From a virus (taxonomy: Duplodnaviria; Caudoviricetes): 27,153 nucleotides of DNA. Under the pieces are notes generated by a model. That model ran no database searches and was not told the DNA's origin. It worked only from the letters and a program-made list of their open reading frames with translations. Where the stretch lies: IMG/VR virus record IMGVR_UViG_3300033555_000019, positions 1 to 27,153 of that record; one strand, written 5' to 3'. Of this stretch, positions 8,830 through 18,800 are shown in pieces. A program made the translations under genes and the position numbers. Numbering within the stretch: position 1 is the stretch's first letter; each line of letters begins with the position of its first letter.

Positions 8830-9828
8830 ATGGCTGATAACACTTTAATCAATGCCGGTAGTGGTGGCGACACAGTAGCCAGTGACGAACTGACCACGCT
8901 TAACGGTGCGGCTAGTACGATTGTCAAAGTCCAGCGCATGAAAGTCGGCTTCGGTTCCGACAACGTACTAAGAGATGTTGACGCTCAGTTCCCACTACCA
9001 GTTGGCGGTGGCTTCGTTTCAGTCGTCAACAGTACGGCCGTTGCCTTAGTCCTGAACGGTGTCTTTACTGGTACCAGCGAAGATGTCAGCCAGTTTGCCA
9101 GTATCTCAGTCATAGTCTTCGCCAGTCATATCAGTGCCACGGACGGCTTATCAATGCAACAAAGTACTGACGGCACGAACTGGGACAACTTGGACGCCTA
9201 CACCATACCGGCTACGGTTGGTAAGAGCTTCGGTATTCAAGTCACGGCTAAGTTCTTCCGAGTGGTCTACACTAACGGCGCTGTCGCTCAGACCGCTATG
9301 CGACTGCAGACTATCTACCACAACGTCGCTACGCCAGCGTCCAGCGTCCGACCACAAGACGGCCGACCAAACGACAATGATATGCAGGAAGTACTAGGTC
9401 ACACTATGATCTATAACGGCACGACATGGGACAGAGCGCGTGGTAGCAATGGTATTGCTAACGTAGCTATCCAACCCGTAACCTTAGCCGTGACTGCAAC
9501 TGGCCTAGCGGCGGCTGCCGTGACTGCGACCTTGCCAGCTCCGGCGGCTGGACTGTTTCACTACATCAGCCGTATCAACATAGTCAAGTACGCTACCACG
9601 GCAATTACCGGTGTGGCTGCTCCAGTCCTTGTGACTAGTACTAACTTACCGGGAACAGTAGCGTGGACAACGCCAACCGGTCAAGCTATCGGTACGGTCT
9701 ATGAAACCGATGTCGAACCAACCAGCCCAATCAGGTCAGCAGCTGCGGCTACCGCTACGACGATAGTTGCCCCAGTCCAAACCGCTGTCATCTGGCGGAT
9801 AACGGTCTACTACTACACGGCGGCTTAA
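8830..9828 (+). CDS. Putative fibre/spike structural protein (Ala/Thr/Val-rich, beta)
   Basis: Beta-rich composition; QSTDGTNWD and YNGTTWDRARG motifs; within the structural cluster. Confidence 0.55.
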   Translation: MADNTLINAGSGGDTVASDELTTLNGAASTIVKVQRMKVGFGSDNVLRDVDAQFPLPVGGGFVSVVNSTAVALVLNGVFTGTSEDVSQFASISVIVFASHISATDGLSMQQSTDGTNWDNLDAYTIPATVGKSFGIQVTAKFFRVVYTNGAVAQTAMRLQTIYHNVATPASSVRPQDGRPNDNDMQEVLGHTMIYNGTTWDRARGSNGIANVAIQPVTLAVTATGLAAAAVTATLPAPAAGLFHYISRINIVKYATTAITGVAAPVLVTSTNLPGTVAWTTPTGQAIGTVYETDVEPTSPIRSAAAATATTIVAPVQTAVIWRITVYYYTAA

Positions 9829-9831
9829 GCC

Positions 9832-10506
9832 ATGAGCTTGCTCCTACTATTCCGAGCAGCGGCAGTTGCCATTGCTCATACTAGGACGGTTGCTGATAGC
9901 CTGACGCTATCTGACCAAGCTAGTAAACGAGTAACCAAACCACTAGCTGACAGCCTGACGCTGGCTGATAGCGTCGGCAACCGAACGACTAAGTCAGTCG
10001 CTGATACGCTCGCCTTAGCTGATAGCCAGAAGCTAGCCGTAACTAAGCGCGTCAATGACACTGTAACGATAACTGATAACATCAACGTCAGTAACGGCGC
10101 ACCAGTCCTTAGTCACACCCGTAGTGTCACCGACATGGTCAGCCAAACGGACAGTACGACAACCGTGGTTGTCTACAAACGGACAGTCGCGGAAACGCTG
10201 ACAATCAGTGACAGTCAAAGACGCCGTGTTACAAAGACGCTACCGGACACGTTAAGCCTGACTGATAGCGTTGGTCAACGGACAACTAAGAGCTTAAGTG
10301 ACAGCCTGATACTAAGCGACGCTCGGCAAACCGTCAGCGTCTACAAGCGATCAACCGCTGATAGCCTGACGCTAAGTGACGCCATTACGTCAGCTGTTAA
10401 TAAGCGGGTCAATGACAGTCTAGCTATTAACGACCTCATAACGCCAACTAAGACAGTCGGCGTAAATATCAACAGGAACCGTATGATGATGGGTCTAGGT
10501 ATGTGA
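9832..10506 (+). CDS. Repeat-rich fibre/whisker-like protein
   Basis: About ten 18-20-aa repeats of consensus (K/R)x(L/V)xD(S/T)LxLxD. Confidence 0.65.
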   Translation: MSLLLLFRAAAVAIAHTRTVADSLTLSDQASKRVTKPLADSLTLADSVGNRTTKSVADTLALADSQKLAVTKRVNDTVTITDNINVSNGAPVLSHTRSVTDMVSQTDSTTTVVVYKRTVAETLTISDSQRRRVTKTLPDTLSLTDSVGQRTTKSLSDSLILSDARQTVSVYKRSTADSLTLSDAITSAVNKRVNDSLAINDLITPTKTVGVNINRNRMMMGLGM

Positions 10507-10518
10507 TGGTGCTGTCTA

Positions 10519-10547
10519 TTGACAACATAGGGTAATAGCAGTAGACT
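10519..10547 (+). promoter_or_regulatory. Near-consensus sigma70 promoter, probably giving a leaderless mRNA
   Basis: TTGACA (10519-10524), 17-nt spacer, TAGACT (10542-10547). The ATG at 10554 sits at the expected +1 and there is no SD. Confidence 0.7.
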
Positions 10548-10553
10548 GCCGAT

Positions 10554-11129
10554 ATGAACCTTAAGCTAATTACATTACTGCTTGTAGTCACTGGAACCAT
10601 CATTGTCGGTGTGAGTAATCTGCCGGAATCAACCGCTACCCAGCTGTTGTCTAAGCCCAGTTTAGTCGCACCTATCAGCTACCGACATGACTCGCAGTTA
10701 GTTGAAGTGATGAAACGCTTAGATCTAGACTACTCAAAGGTAAACTTGATCTACGGACAATACCCTGACTACCCTGACGCGCAAGCTTACTACAGCGGTG
10801 AAACTAACACGATGTACCTGAACCCAGTTCACGACTACGCTGACACCGATAAGATTGTTTCCCATGAATACATGCACCACTACCAACACGACAACTATGT
10901 TGAGGTCGGTAGCTTACACCCAATCCTAAGACGGCTGTACTCCAATGACACCGCCTTATACGAACGCATGGTAAGTTACCGAGATGGAGTCAACTGTCCA
11001 GTTAAAGGCTGTCCTATCGCTCATGAAACATTTGCTATTGCCTGTACCGAACTAGCTGACAACAGCTTAGAACCTAAGTTAGCTGACGTCTGCAACCGAG
11101 TACTACCCAACCGTACCGCCTTATTCTAA
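10554..11129 (+). CDS. Exported/membrane-anchored zinc metallopeptidase (HExxH, gluzincin-like); moron
   Basis: N-terminal K plus hydrophobic stretch, AYYSGETNTMYL strand, HEYMH, downstream HETFA Glu, four C-terminal Cys. Confidence 0.7.
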   Translation: MNLKLITLLLVVTGTIIVGVSNLPESTATQLLSKPSLVAPISYRHDSQLVEVMKRLDLDYSKVNLIYGQYPDYPDAQAYYSGETNTMYLNPVHDYADTDKIVSHEYMHHYQHDNYVEVGSLHPILRRLYSNDTALYERMVSYRDGVNCPVKGCPIAHETFAIACTELADNSLEPKLADVCNRVLPNRTALF

Positions 11130-11263
11130 ACACAAGCTTGTTAAATATCCGCTAGTGCTGTATATATACACTTAACACTCAATACTTCTACTACGGAGAG
11201 CTGGGGCTGTCAGTACCGACTGAGGCATAATCATCAAAACTTATAGCACTTCAGGAGAAACAA

Positions 11264-12409
11264 ATGGCAGACATTGGCGCAGCGGTAGGTAACTTCTTAC
11301 CATTTGACCCTACCCCTAACTTTCAATTATCACGCAACGGCGGCGCTATCCCAGGCTTTGGCTATGACGCAGCAGCTTTAGGTTCACAGTATGCGATACC
11401 GACTGGCAGTAATACACAGTTAAACTTAGATAACCCATTCGCAACACTATCCAATCAAGTCAACAGTGGCTATGCCCCAAGTGGTGCCGGTGGCCTTGCA
11501 ACAGGTGGCACTGGTGGTTACTATGGCGGATATAGCGCTGGAAGTACTTATGACGCCGAAGCTGCCGCTACAGCCGCCCGTGAAGCCCAAGAGAAAGCTG
11601 ACACGATTGCTTCACTGACAGACCAACAGGGTCAGCTCGGTAGCTTACTCGGCCGCACCCAGACTGGACTTGACCAAGGTATCAGCAAGCTGGACTTTGA
11701 CTTACAGGAACAGAACAACTTAGTCGGCGGTCAACAAAGACAAGCCACTCAGAACTACGGCGAACGACGAGTTGATACTAACAAAGAGAAGCAGTCCACT
11801 TATGACAAGGTTAATCAGAAAGCCAACAACGGCTACCGTAGTCTAGCCCAGATCATCGGCCGAGCTGGTGGTACTGGTTCCAGTGCTTTCCAAAACGCCT
11901 TACCTGACGCTATCGGTAAGGAAACATCAGGCGATCGTAAGATTGCTAATGAAACCTACGGCAACAACATGGGTCGTATTCAGAAGTCAGAGGACGAAAC
12001 CAGCTTGTCATTCAGCAACATCTTAGCTGACTTACAACGCCAACGTCAGGCTGGTGAGCGTGACCTGCGTACCGGTATTGAGGGACAACGTCAGAACATC
12101 GGTTCACAGCAAGCTTCGGTTGCCGCTCAGTTAGCCCAAGCTCAAGGTGGTGATTACGCCGCCGCTAGAGCCGCTTCGGCACCTTACCAGACTGCTATTG
12201 ATAACTCACGCAACAGCGTCGAGGGCTTCTTCAACAGCTTCAAGCCAACCATGCAAGCCGGACAAGCCACTATCGCCCGTCCTGATATGCAACAGTATTC
12301 AGTTGATCGCAGTGACATCAACGCTGGACAAGCCCAAGGTGGCGAGAACATGAACCCGTACGCTGATATGTTACGACGACGACTTAAAACTAACGAGGGA
12401 CAAGCATAA
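11264..12409 (+). CDS. Putative internal virion/DNA ejection protein (Gly/Ala/Gln-rich coiled coil)
   Basis: Composition typical of podophage ejection proteins; CAGGAG RBS; lies upstream of the giant protein. Confidence 0.6.
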   Translation: MADIGAAVGNFLPFDPTPNFQLSRNGGAIPGFGYDAAALGSQYAIPTGSNTQLNLDNPFATLSNQVNSGYAPSGAGGLATGGTGGYYGGYSAGSTYDAEAAATAAREAQEKADTIASLTDQQGQLGSLLGRTQTGLDQGISKLDFDLQEQNNLVGGQQRQATQNYGERRVDTNKEKQSTYDKVNQKANNGYRSLAQIIGRAGGTGSSAFQNALPDAIGKETSGDRKIANETYGNNMGRIQKSEDETSLSFSNILADLQRQRQAGERDLRTGIEGQRQNIGSQQASVAAQLAQAQGGDYAAARAASAPYQTAIDNSRNSVEGFFNSFKPTMQAGQATIARPDMQQYSVDRSDINAGQAQGGENMNPYADMLRRRLKTNEGQA

Positions 12410-12840
12410 TGATTAAGTACAAAAAAGGTTCACTACAGAAGATTATCGGCATGGCACCAGTCAAACAACAAGAAAAGCTAGGCGTTGCTACCAGTGACGG
12501 CTCTAATTACCAGCCAATGAGCAACGGCCGAGCTTTGATTAACAACAAAGCAGTCGCAAAGCGTGGCGTTCAAGAGGACAGCCCAGAACTAGACATTGCT
12601 CCAGCTAGACGACTAGGCATGGCTAAGACTAAGGGTATGCAACCACGGGCTGGTTTCGGTGCAGAAGATTACCCTATGAACGGTGTCCAAGATGGTACTA
12701 ACGGTGATGACACTTACTCACAATACAAGACTCAAGGACCACGCGGTCGCACACAACAACTCACAGCTAACGGCCAAGGCTTACAAGGCGGTATCAATGA
12801 ATACGGCCGACAATCAAAGAAACTTCGCTTAAGAAAATAA
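12409..12840 (+). CDS. Basic low-complexity protein, putative internal virion protein
   Basis: TAATG coupling; K/R/G/Q-rich; between ejection-type genes. Confidence 0.6.
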   Translation: MIKYKKGSLQKIIGMAPVKQQEKLGVATSDGSNYQPMSNGRALINNKAVAKRGVQEDSPELDIAPARRLGMAKTKGMQPRAGFGAEDYPMNGVQDGTNGDDTYSQYKTQGPRGRTQQLTANGQGLQGGINEYGRQSKKLRLRK

Positions 12841-12849
12841 AAGGAACGC

Positions 12850-15800
12850 TTGTTAATGGCTTTCGATTTGAAACGCTTAGTCCGTAAGACTAAAGACCAG
12901 TTAAATGTACGAGACAACGGCAAAACGTGGCAGAACCCACAAGGGAACCGTCCGGTTCAACGCACTCCACAGCCAGCTAGTACAGGCCGTCCCAGCTTAG
13001 GCGTTGCACCAGTCCGTAACCCAAGTTTCAACCAAGCTCCTGTCAGACAACAGCAAATACGCCCACAGGTACAGGTTGCTAGACCTAAGCCGTTGAATGT
13101 CGGACGTACGCCTGTCATGCCAACTGCTGGCAACCGTACTGGTGTCAAAGGTTCCAATGTACCTAAACCTCTTAACTTCGCAGGTCGAACAGTTGATGTA
13201 TTAGCCAGAGGAGCCAGCCGAACAGCTGACCAAGTAAACGCTTATGACAACGGCCGAACATGGCAGAACCGCAAGCCGACCAACACCCGTTCGATCTTAG
13301 GGCAAGCTACCCACAACGGTACGACAAACACTATCGGCAACATAGTCGTTAAACCAATCGTCGCTACAGCCGCTATACCGGTTGAAGCTGGACGAAGTGA
13401 AGTTGCACGCCTAACTAAGAACAAAGGCGCTTACAAGGCCGCCGAGGACCGTCTAAACACAAACGTCCAGACATCATTACCTGGTGTCATTGCTGACCAA
13501 GTCGTGCAGAGTACCCGTGTGGCTAAAGCTATACCTGCTACGGTCGGTGGTATCCAACGTGGCTTCCAAGGCAAGGCTCCGACACCAGAACAGAAAGCCG
13601 CCCAGCTTAAAGGTCTTGGCGCGTTCAACCGTACCGTCATGGGCATGGCCTACAAACTACCTGGGGAAACCTTAGGCAACGTACTGCCGACTGCTAAAGA
13701 GGACTTACGAGCCGCTGGTGTTGAGGACATGAGCCTAGCCCAACAAGCCGGAACCAGCGCCCTAGGTGTCGTCGGTATGCTAGGTGCTAAGAGTACAGCT
13801 GTCGGTGCAGGCAGAGTGACAACTAAGTTAGTTAAGCCACCTGTCCAAGCCGCTAAGGACATTATCACCAACAAACCCTACCGTAAGATATCAGACCAAG
13901 AACTGAATGGTGCCAGTAACGTTCGTAACGCTATGCAAGGCAACCGTAATCCGTTTGATATAACTGACCAAGACGTCCAAGGCTTTGAAGCCACCAAACG
14001 TCGGCTTGGTGCAGATGGTAGCAACCCTAACGCTATCGACCAGCTTGTGATTGACCGCGCTAAGTATGACACCAGACAAGCCAACCGTGGGCCGTTGCTA
14101 CAGCCGTTGAATCAGGGTGGTTATGTCCGCATACCTGGCCGTAAGACCGAGCTGATGGCTACCCACAACTTGTCAGAGGATAACCTATCTTATGCAAATA
14201 AATTAGGTGGTATACCTCAAGCTAGCGTTGGTATAGTTGACCCAAAGAAACACGCCGTTGATGGTTTTGGTGAGATTACTCTTATAGGTAATCAAAAGCT
14301 TGTAGACCCGAAAGCACCGAAAACAGCTACATTTGCTAGCGATGTCTATTCACCACGCCAGCCACGAGCTAAGTTATCAGGTGATCGAAAAGTATATGAC
14401 AACTTAAAAGCTAAGTTCAAAGCTTCAGCTGATGAAATAGGTCAAAGGTATGTAGGTTTTGATAGTGCTAATAGTCTTGATGAAGCGATTGCTAATGAAC
14501 CTGCTGTGATTGCTCAGTTCCTAAAATCTAAGGGCATAAAAGTCAAAGCTCCTGAAACAACAGAGATAGACAAGTTAGATGAACTACAACGACAAATTAT
14601 GGACGCAAATCTTGGACAAGCTTACACCGATAATATCGTAAGACTAACAGAGCTAGGTGCTTCTAAAGGAAAGTTCAGCGACACGGTTGACTTTATGTAC
14701 AAAAACAACCTAGAACCTAAACTACCAACCAAGATTAAGCCGATAGACCGTTACGAACTTATGAAAGCCGTAAGAGGAGCAAAACTAGAGGACGAGTTCG
14801 ACTCTTTCACTAAGAAAACAGCTCAAGAAGCTGGGGCTAAACCTACGCTTTATAACGGTACTGACTATCAAGGTAGACCAAAAGAATTACCAGAAACTAT
14901 GGACAACGTACTTAAAGTCATGCGTAAAGATAAGATTCGAGCTGGTGAGGGCGGTATGGTTGGTACTGGTATCGGTAATATACGAGCCAGAATAACACCA
15001 AAGTTCAAGAGCTTAGAGGACATCTATGACAACAAACACCGTCTGACTGACGCTGAAACGATGGAGTCAGTCAAAGACCTCTTATCGAATCGTATGACTA
15101 GCGTACGAGACAAGCTAAATAATTATGCTACTAACAAAGACGGAAACCAGTTCATGGAATACGACACACAGATGGACGCAATTGGTGACTATCTTCGTGG
15201 TGACAAGAGTTGGTTTAACGATAAGTTTAAGAATGTACCTGATAGCGTACTTAAAGAACTCGAACAAGTTAAGAAAGAAATACAAGACGCTCCAACCGAA
15301 TACTTCGAGTCAGTATCAGACCGTGCTGTCGGACTGAAAGAGTTTGAGAAAGCCCTAGTACCTGAAAGCGCCAGTCAAGCAACTATCAACAGCCTCAAAT
15401 CACAAGGTATCGAACCAATCATCTATAAAGACGGCCAACGTCAAGCCATGCTTAACAAGCTTATGGACGAAGATAACATAGCTAGAGGTTTCGGTGACAA
15501 GCCTAAACCCCGCCCAGCCAGAGGCATAAAAGGCGAGGCAATCAGGATTGCTAAGGCTAGGTTGGAAGAGCCAGCCGACCCACTAGCCAGTCTTAAGGCA
15601 GAGGCTGGTAAGTATGGGAGTGCTGATGATATAGCTAAAGATTATGCTGGTCAGGAGTTCACAACTATTAACACACACGTTAAGGGACGTACCCTTGACC
15701 AAATGGACAGGCCAGTAGCTGAAAAGGTCAAAGCTCTCGATGGACGTATGACAGACGACATACCAAAAGGAACCTATTACCGAGGTATGGTATTACTGGA

Positions 15801-18800
15801 CGACGAGATAGAAGCCATGCTCAAGAGCAAGCAGTTCAAGAATGACGGCTACTCATCGGTTTCAGACAGCGCAGAAGTAGCCAAGCGCTACACTTACTCA
15901 CGCCGATGGGGTAGTCCAGCCGAAAGTCCAGTCATATTCAATTTAGATGTCGGAGATAACCAGAAAGGTATTGACCTTACTAAGCTGTCAGGAGAATCAG
16001 CCAGAGATTCTGAGAAGCTCTTACCTAGAAACGCTGATTACACTGTCAAGAATGTGACTAAAGAGGGTGACACCTATATTGTAGAAGCCATCTACAACGA
16101 AGCCACCCAAGCCCCAAAGCAGTCCATAGCCCAGAAGTTCGGCCTGACACCAATGGACGAAGCAGGTAAGGTTAGACTGCCAGGAAAAGGAAACCAGCAA
16201 CCAGCAAGCAAGCCAGTACCGGAACAGTCACAAAAGAGCGTTGATTCATTAGCTGATAATAGCACAACTGGTAAGACTTATACTGCTGACGAAGTAAATC
16301 GACTAAACCCAGATAGTGCCGAGGTGTTCAAAGGTAACTACGTCAAGCAGAGCGTACCACTGTCGAGTCTAGATAACGCCAGTTTAACCCGACAACAACT
16401 TATCGACAGTTACGGTAACGGTCACAGCGAGAAAAGTCTTGCTTCACTAGCTAAAGGTGGCGACATCTCACCTATCGTCCTAGATACTAAGGGCAACGTC
16501 TTAGATGGTATGCACCGTATCGTCAACGCCAAAGAGCAAGGTCGGTCCAACATTGAAGCGTTCGTACAAGTCAATAACGGTAGTAATTCAGCCAAGCCGC
16601 CCACAGCACAATTATCAGATAAGGCAGTACCAGCACTAACACCGGCAACAGCAAGAGGTACAGTGGATTCATTAGGTAATAGTACACCTATTGTTGGTAC
16701 GCCTATACGAGTCAAGGGTGGCGCTACTGAGAAGCAAGTACCAGTTAGCAAGATTACCAAAGAGGGCGATCGTATCAAGTCTGAAAACGTCAACCCGAAT
16801 ATCAAGCGTGGTGAGAAGCGCTTTGCTCTCGATGACAACGGTGAGATGGTTGCTGATACCAAGGGAGCTTATCGTATCTTCACTGATGATGACGGTCATG
16901 TTACCCAGTTCCGTGTCGGTAACGAAGTATTCAAAGCTAGCGACTTAGGCGACTTATCAAGCGTCAACGGTTACGGTTCAGCCCTTGCAACGCAACGTCG
17001 TAACATAGAGCGAGCGTTCCCGAAAGAAACGGCCGATAAGGTTACGGCATTCACAGTCGATCACCAACAAGCCCAAGCAACCAAGATGATTGCTCGTAAG
17101 ATTACGCTTAAGAAAGAGATGAAAGCCTTAGCTGATGACTTAGGTATCAACTTCGCTGGTAACAAGCGTAAGGCTAAGAAAGTATCAGCCGCTATCCAAG
17201 ACTTTGGTGAGAAGAAAATAGACCGCACCCAACTTAATGAGCGGTTTGGCCGTGAACAAGCAACTAAGATAGTCAATGCTGATAAATGGTTCCGCAAGAA
17301 CTATGACTCCATGCTGGACGAGATGAACACAGTATTAAAGGAGTTCGGCTACCCAGAAGTACCAAAGCGGGCTGACTACTACACTCACTTCCAAGAGCCT
17401 AAGCTGTGGGAGTCGTTCGGCCTAAAGATGAAAGAAATACGGGACTTCGCCAGTCCTACCTTACAGGACTCGAACCCAAACAGCGTAAGAGGTGGTATCG
17501 ACAACAAGCTAGCCGGCGAGTCAGCTTTCACGAACCCTAACAAAGCGTTCAACAAGTACGCTCTAAGACGTAAAGGCGACGAGCGGACAGCCGACGCATT
17601 CCAAGCCTTTGAGCGTTACATGACCCCGACTCTTAATAACATCTACATGACGCCTAGCATTACTCGCGCCAGAGTCTTAGCTAAAGCTATAGCCGAGGAA
17701 GCTAACATAGCAGGCAAGGACGCTAACGGCACCCTTATCCAGATTAAAGAATGGGCTAACAACTTAGCTGGTAAGACTAACGGCTTCGACCGTCGTGCCG
17801 TTGACACTAAGTTTGGTAACGCCGCCTTACGAGCCGCCGCTTTCGTCCAACGCCGCGCTGGTGGTAACTCAATCGTCGGTAACTTAGCCACAGCCGCCTT
17901 GCAACCTATCGTTGCTGCACAAGCTGTCGGCAAGTTCGGACCTAAAAACTTCATGGTCGCAGCTATGCAGGAGATGGGGACAGCCCATGGTAAGAATGCA
18001 CCTATTAGACAGGCCGAGTTCTTGTTCCGTCGTTACGGTGACTTAGGTGACAACGTGACTGACGGCAAGATAGCCAAGGGCGCTGACATAGCCAACACGC
18101 CACTTCGAGTCGTCGAGCAAACAGTTGCTCGTATTACTTGGAACGCTGCTCACAATGACGCCATAAGTAAGGGTATGACAGGTAAGAAAGCTATGCATTA
18201 TGCTGACGTCCAAGCTGAGAAGACCCTAGCTGGCCGCTCAATCGGTGAGAAGCCTGAGTTCTTCAACTCTAAGATGTACGGACCAGCCACTATGTACCAA
18301 CTCGAAGTTGCTAACTATATTCAGCAAGTTGGCCGTGAGATGACTACTAAGCAGGTGTTGACCACGTTTGCGGCCGCTTACGCCTTTAACTTAGGTTTAG
18401 AGGAAATGACCGGACGACAGGTTGGCTTCAACCCGATCGACGCCGCTATTGACGCTTATCAGGAAACCGAGAAAGAGGGCAAGGACAAACTAGCTAAGAC
18501 TAAGGCTATCGGCCAACGCTTTGCTGGTGAAGCTTTCGATAACACACCATTCGTCGGTCAGATTGCTAACTTCGCCTTTGGAGAAAAGGGTACTAAGTGG
18601 CTCGGTCCGTCCTCTAATGCTGGCCGGTTCGGTGTTAGCTCACCACTAGGCGCATTGACCACGACGACTAAGATAGCCGGTGTCCAAGTACCGCTTAACG
18701 CTATCCTGCCTTTCGGTGGCGCTCAGATTAAGAAAACCTACGAGGGCGCTCAGGCTATGGCCGCTGGTAAGACAACCGCTAAAGATGGTACAACGACCGT

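Noticed and set aside
9886-10460. CRISPR array or non-coding DNA repeat
   Set aside because: The repeats are degenerate at synonymous positions and in frame, so they are protein repeats; no constant repeat-spacer pattern.
11158-11171. LexA/SOS-box-like CTGTATATATACAC
   Set aside because: Spacer is 6 nt rather than the 8 of CTGT-N8-ACAG and the right half is ACAC; kept only as a palindrome.
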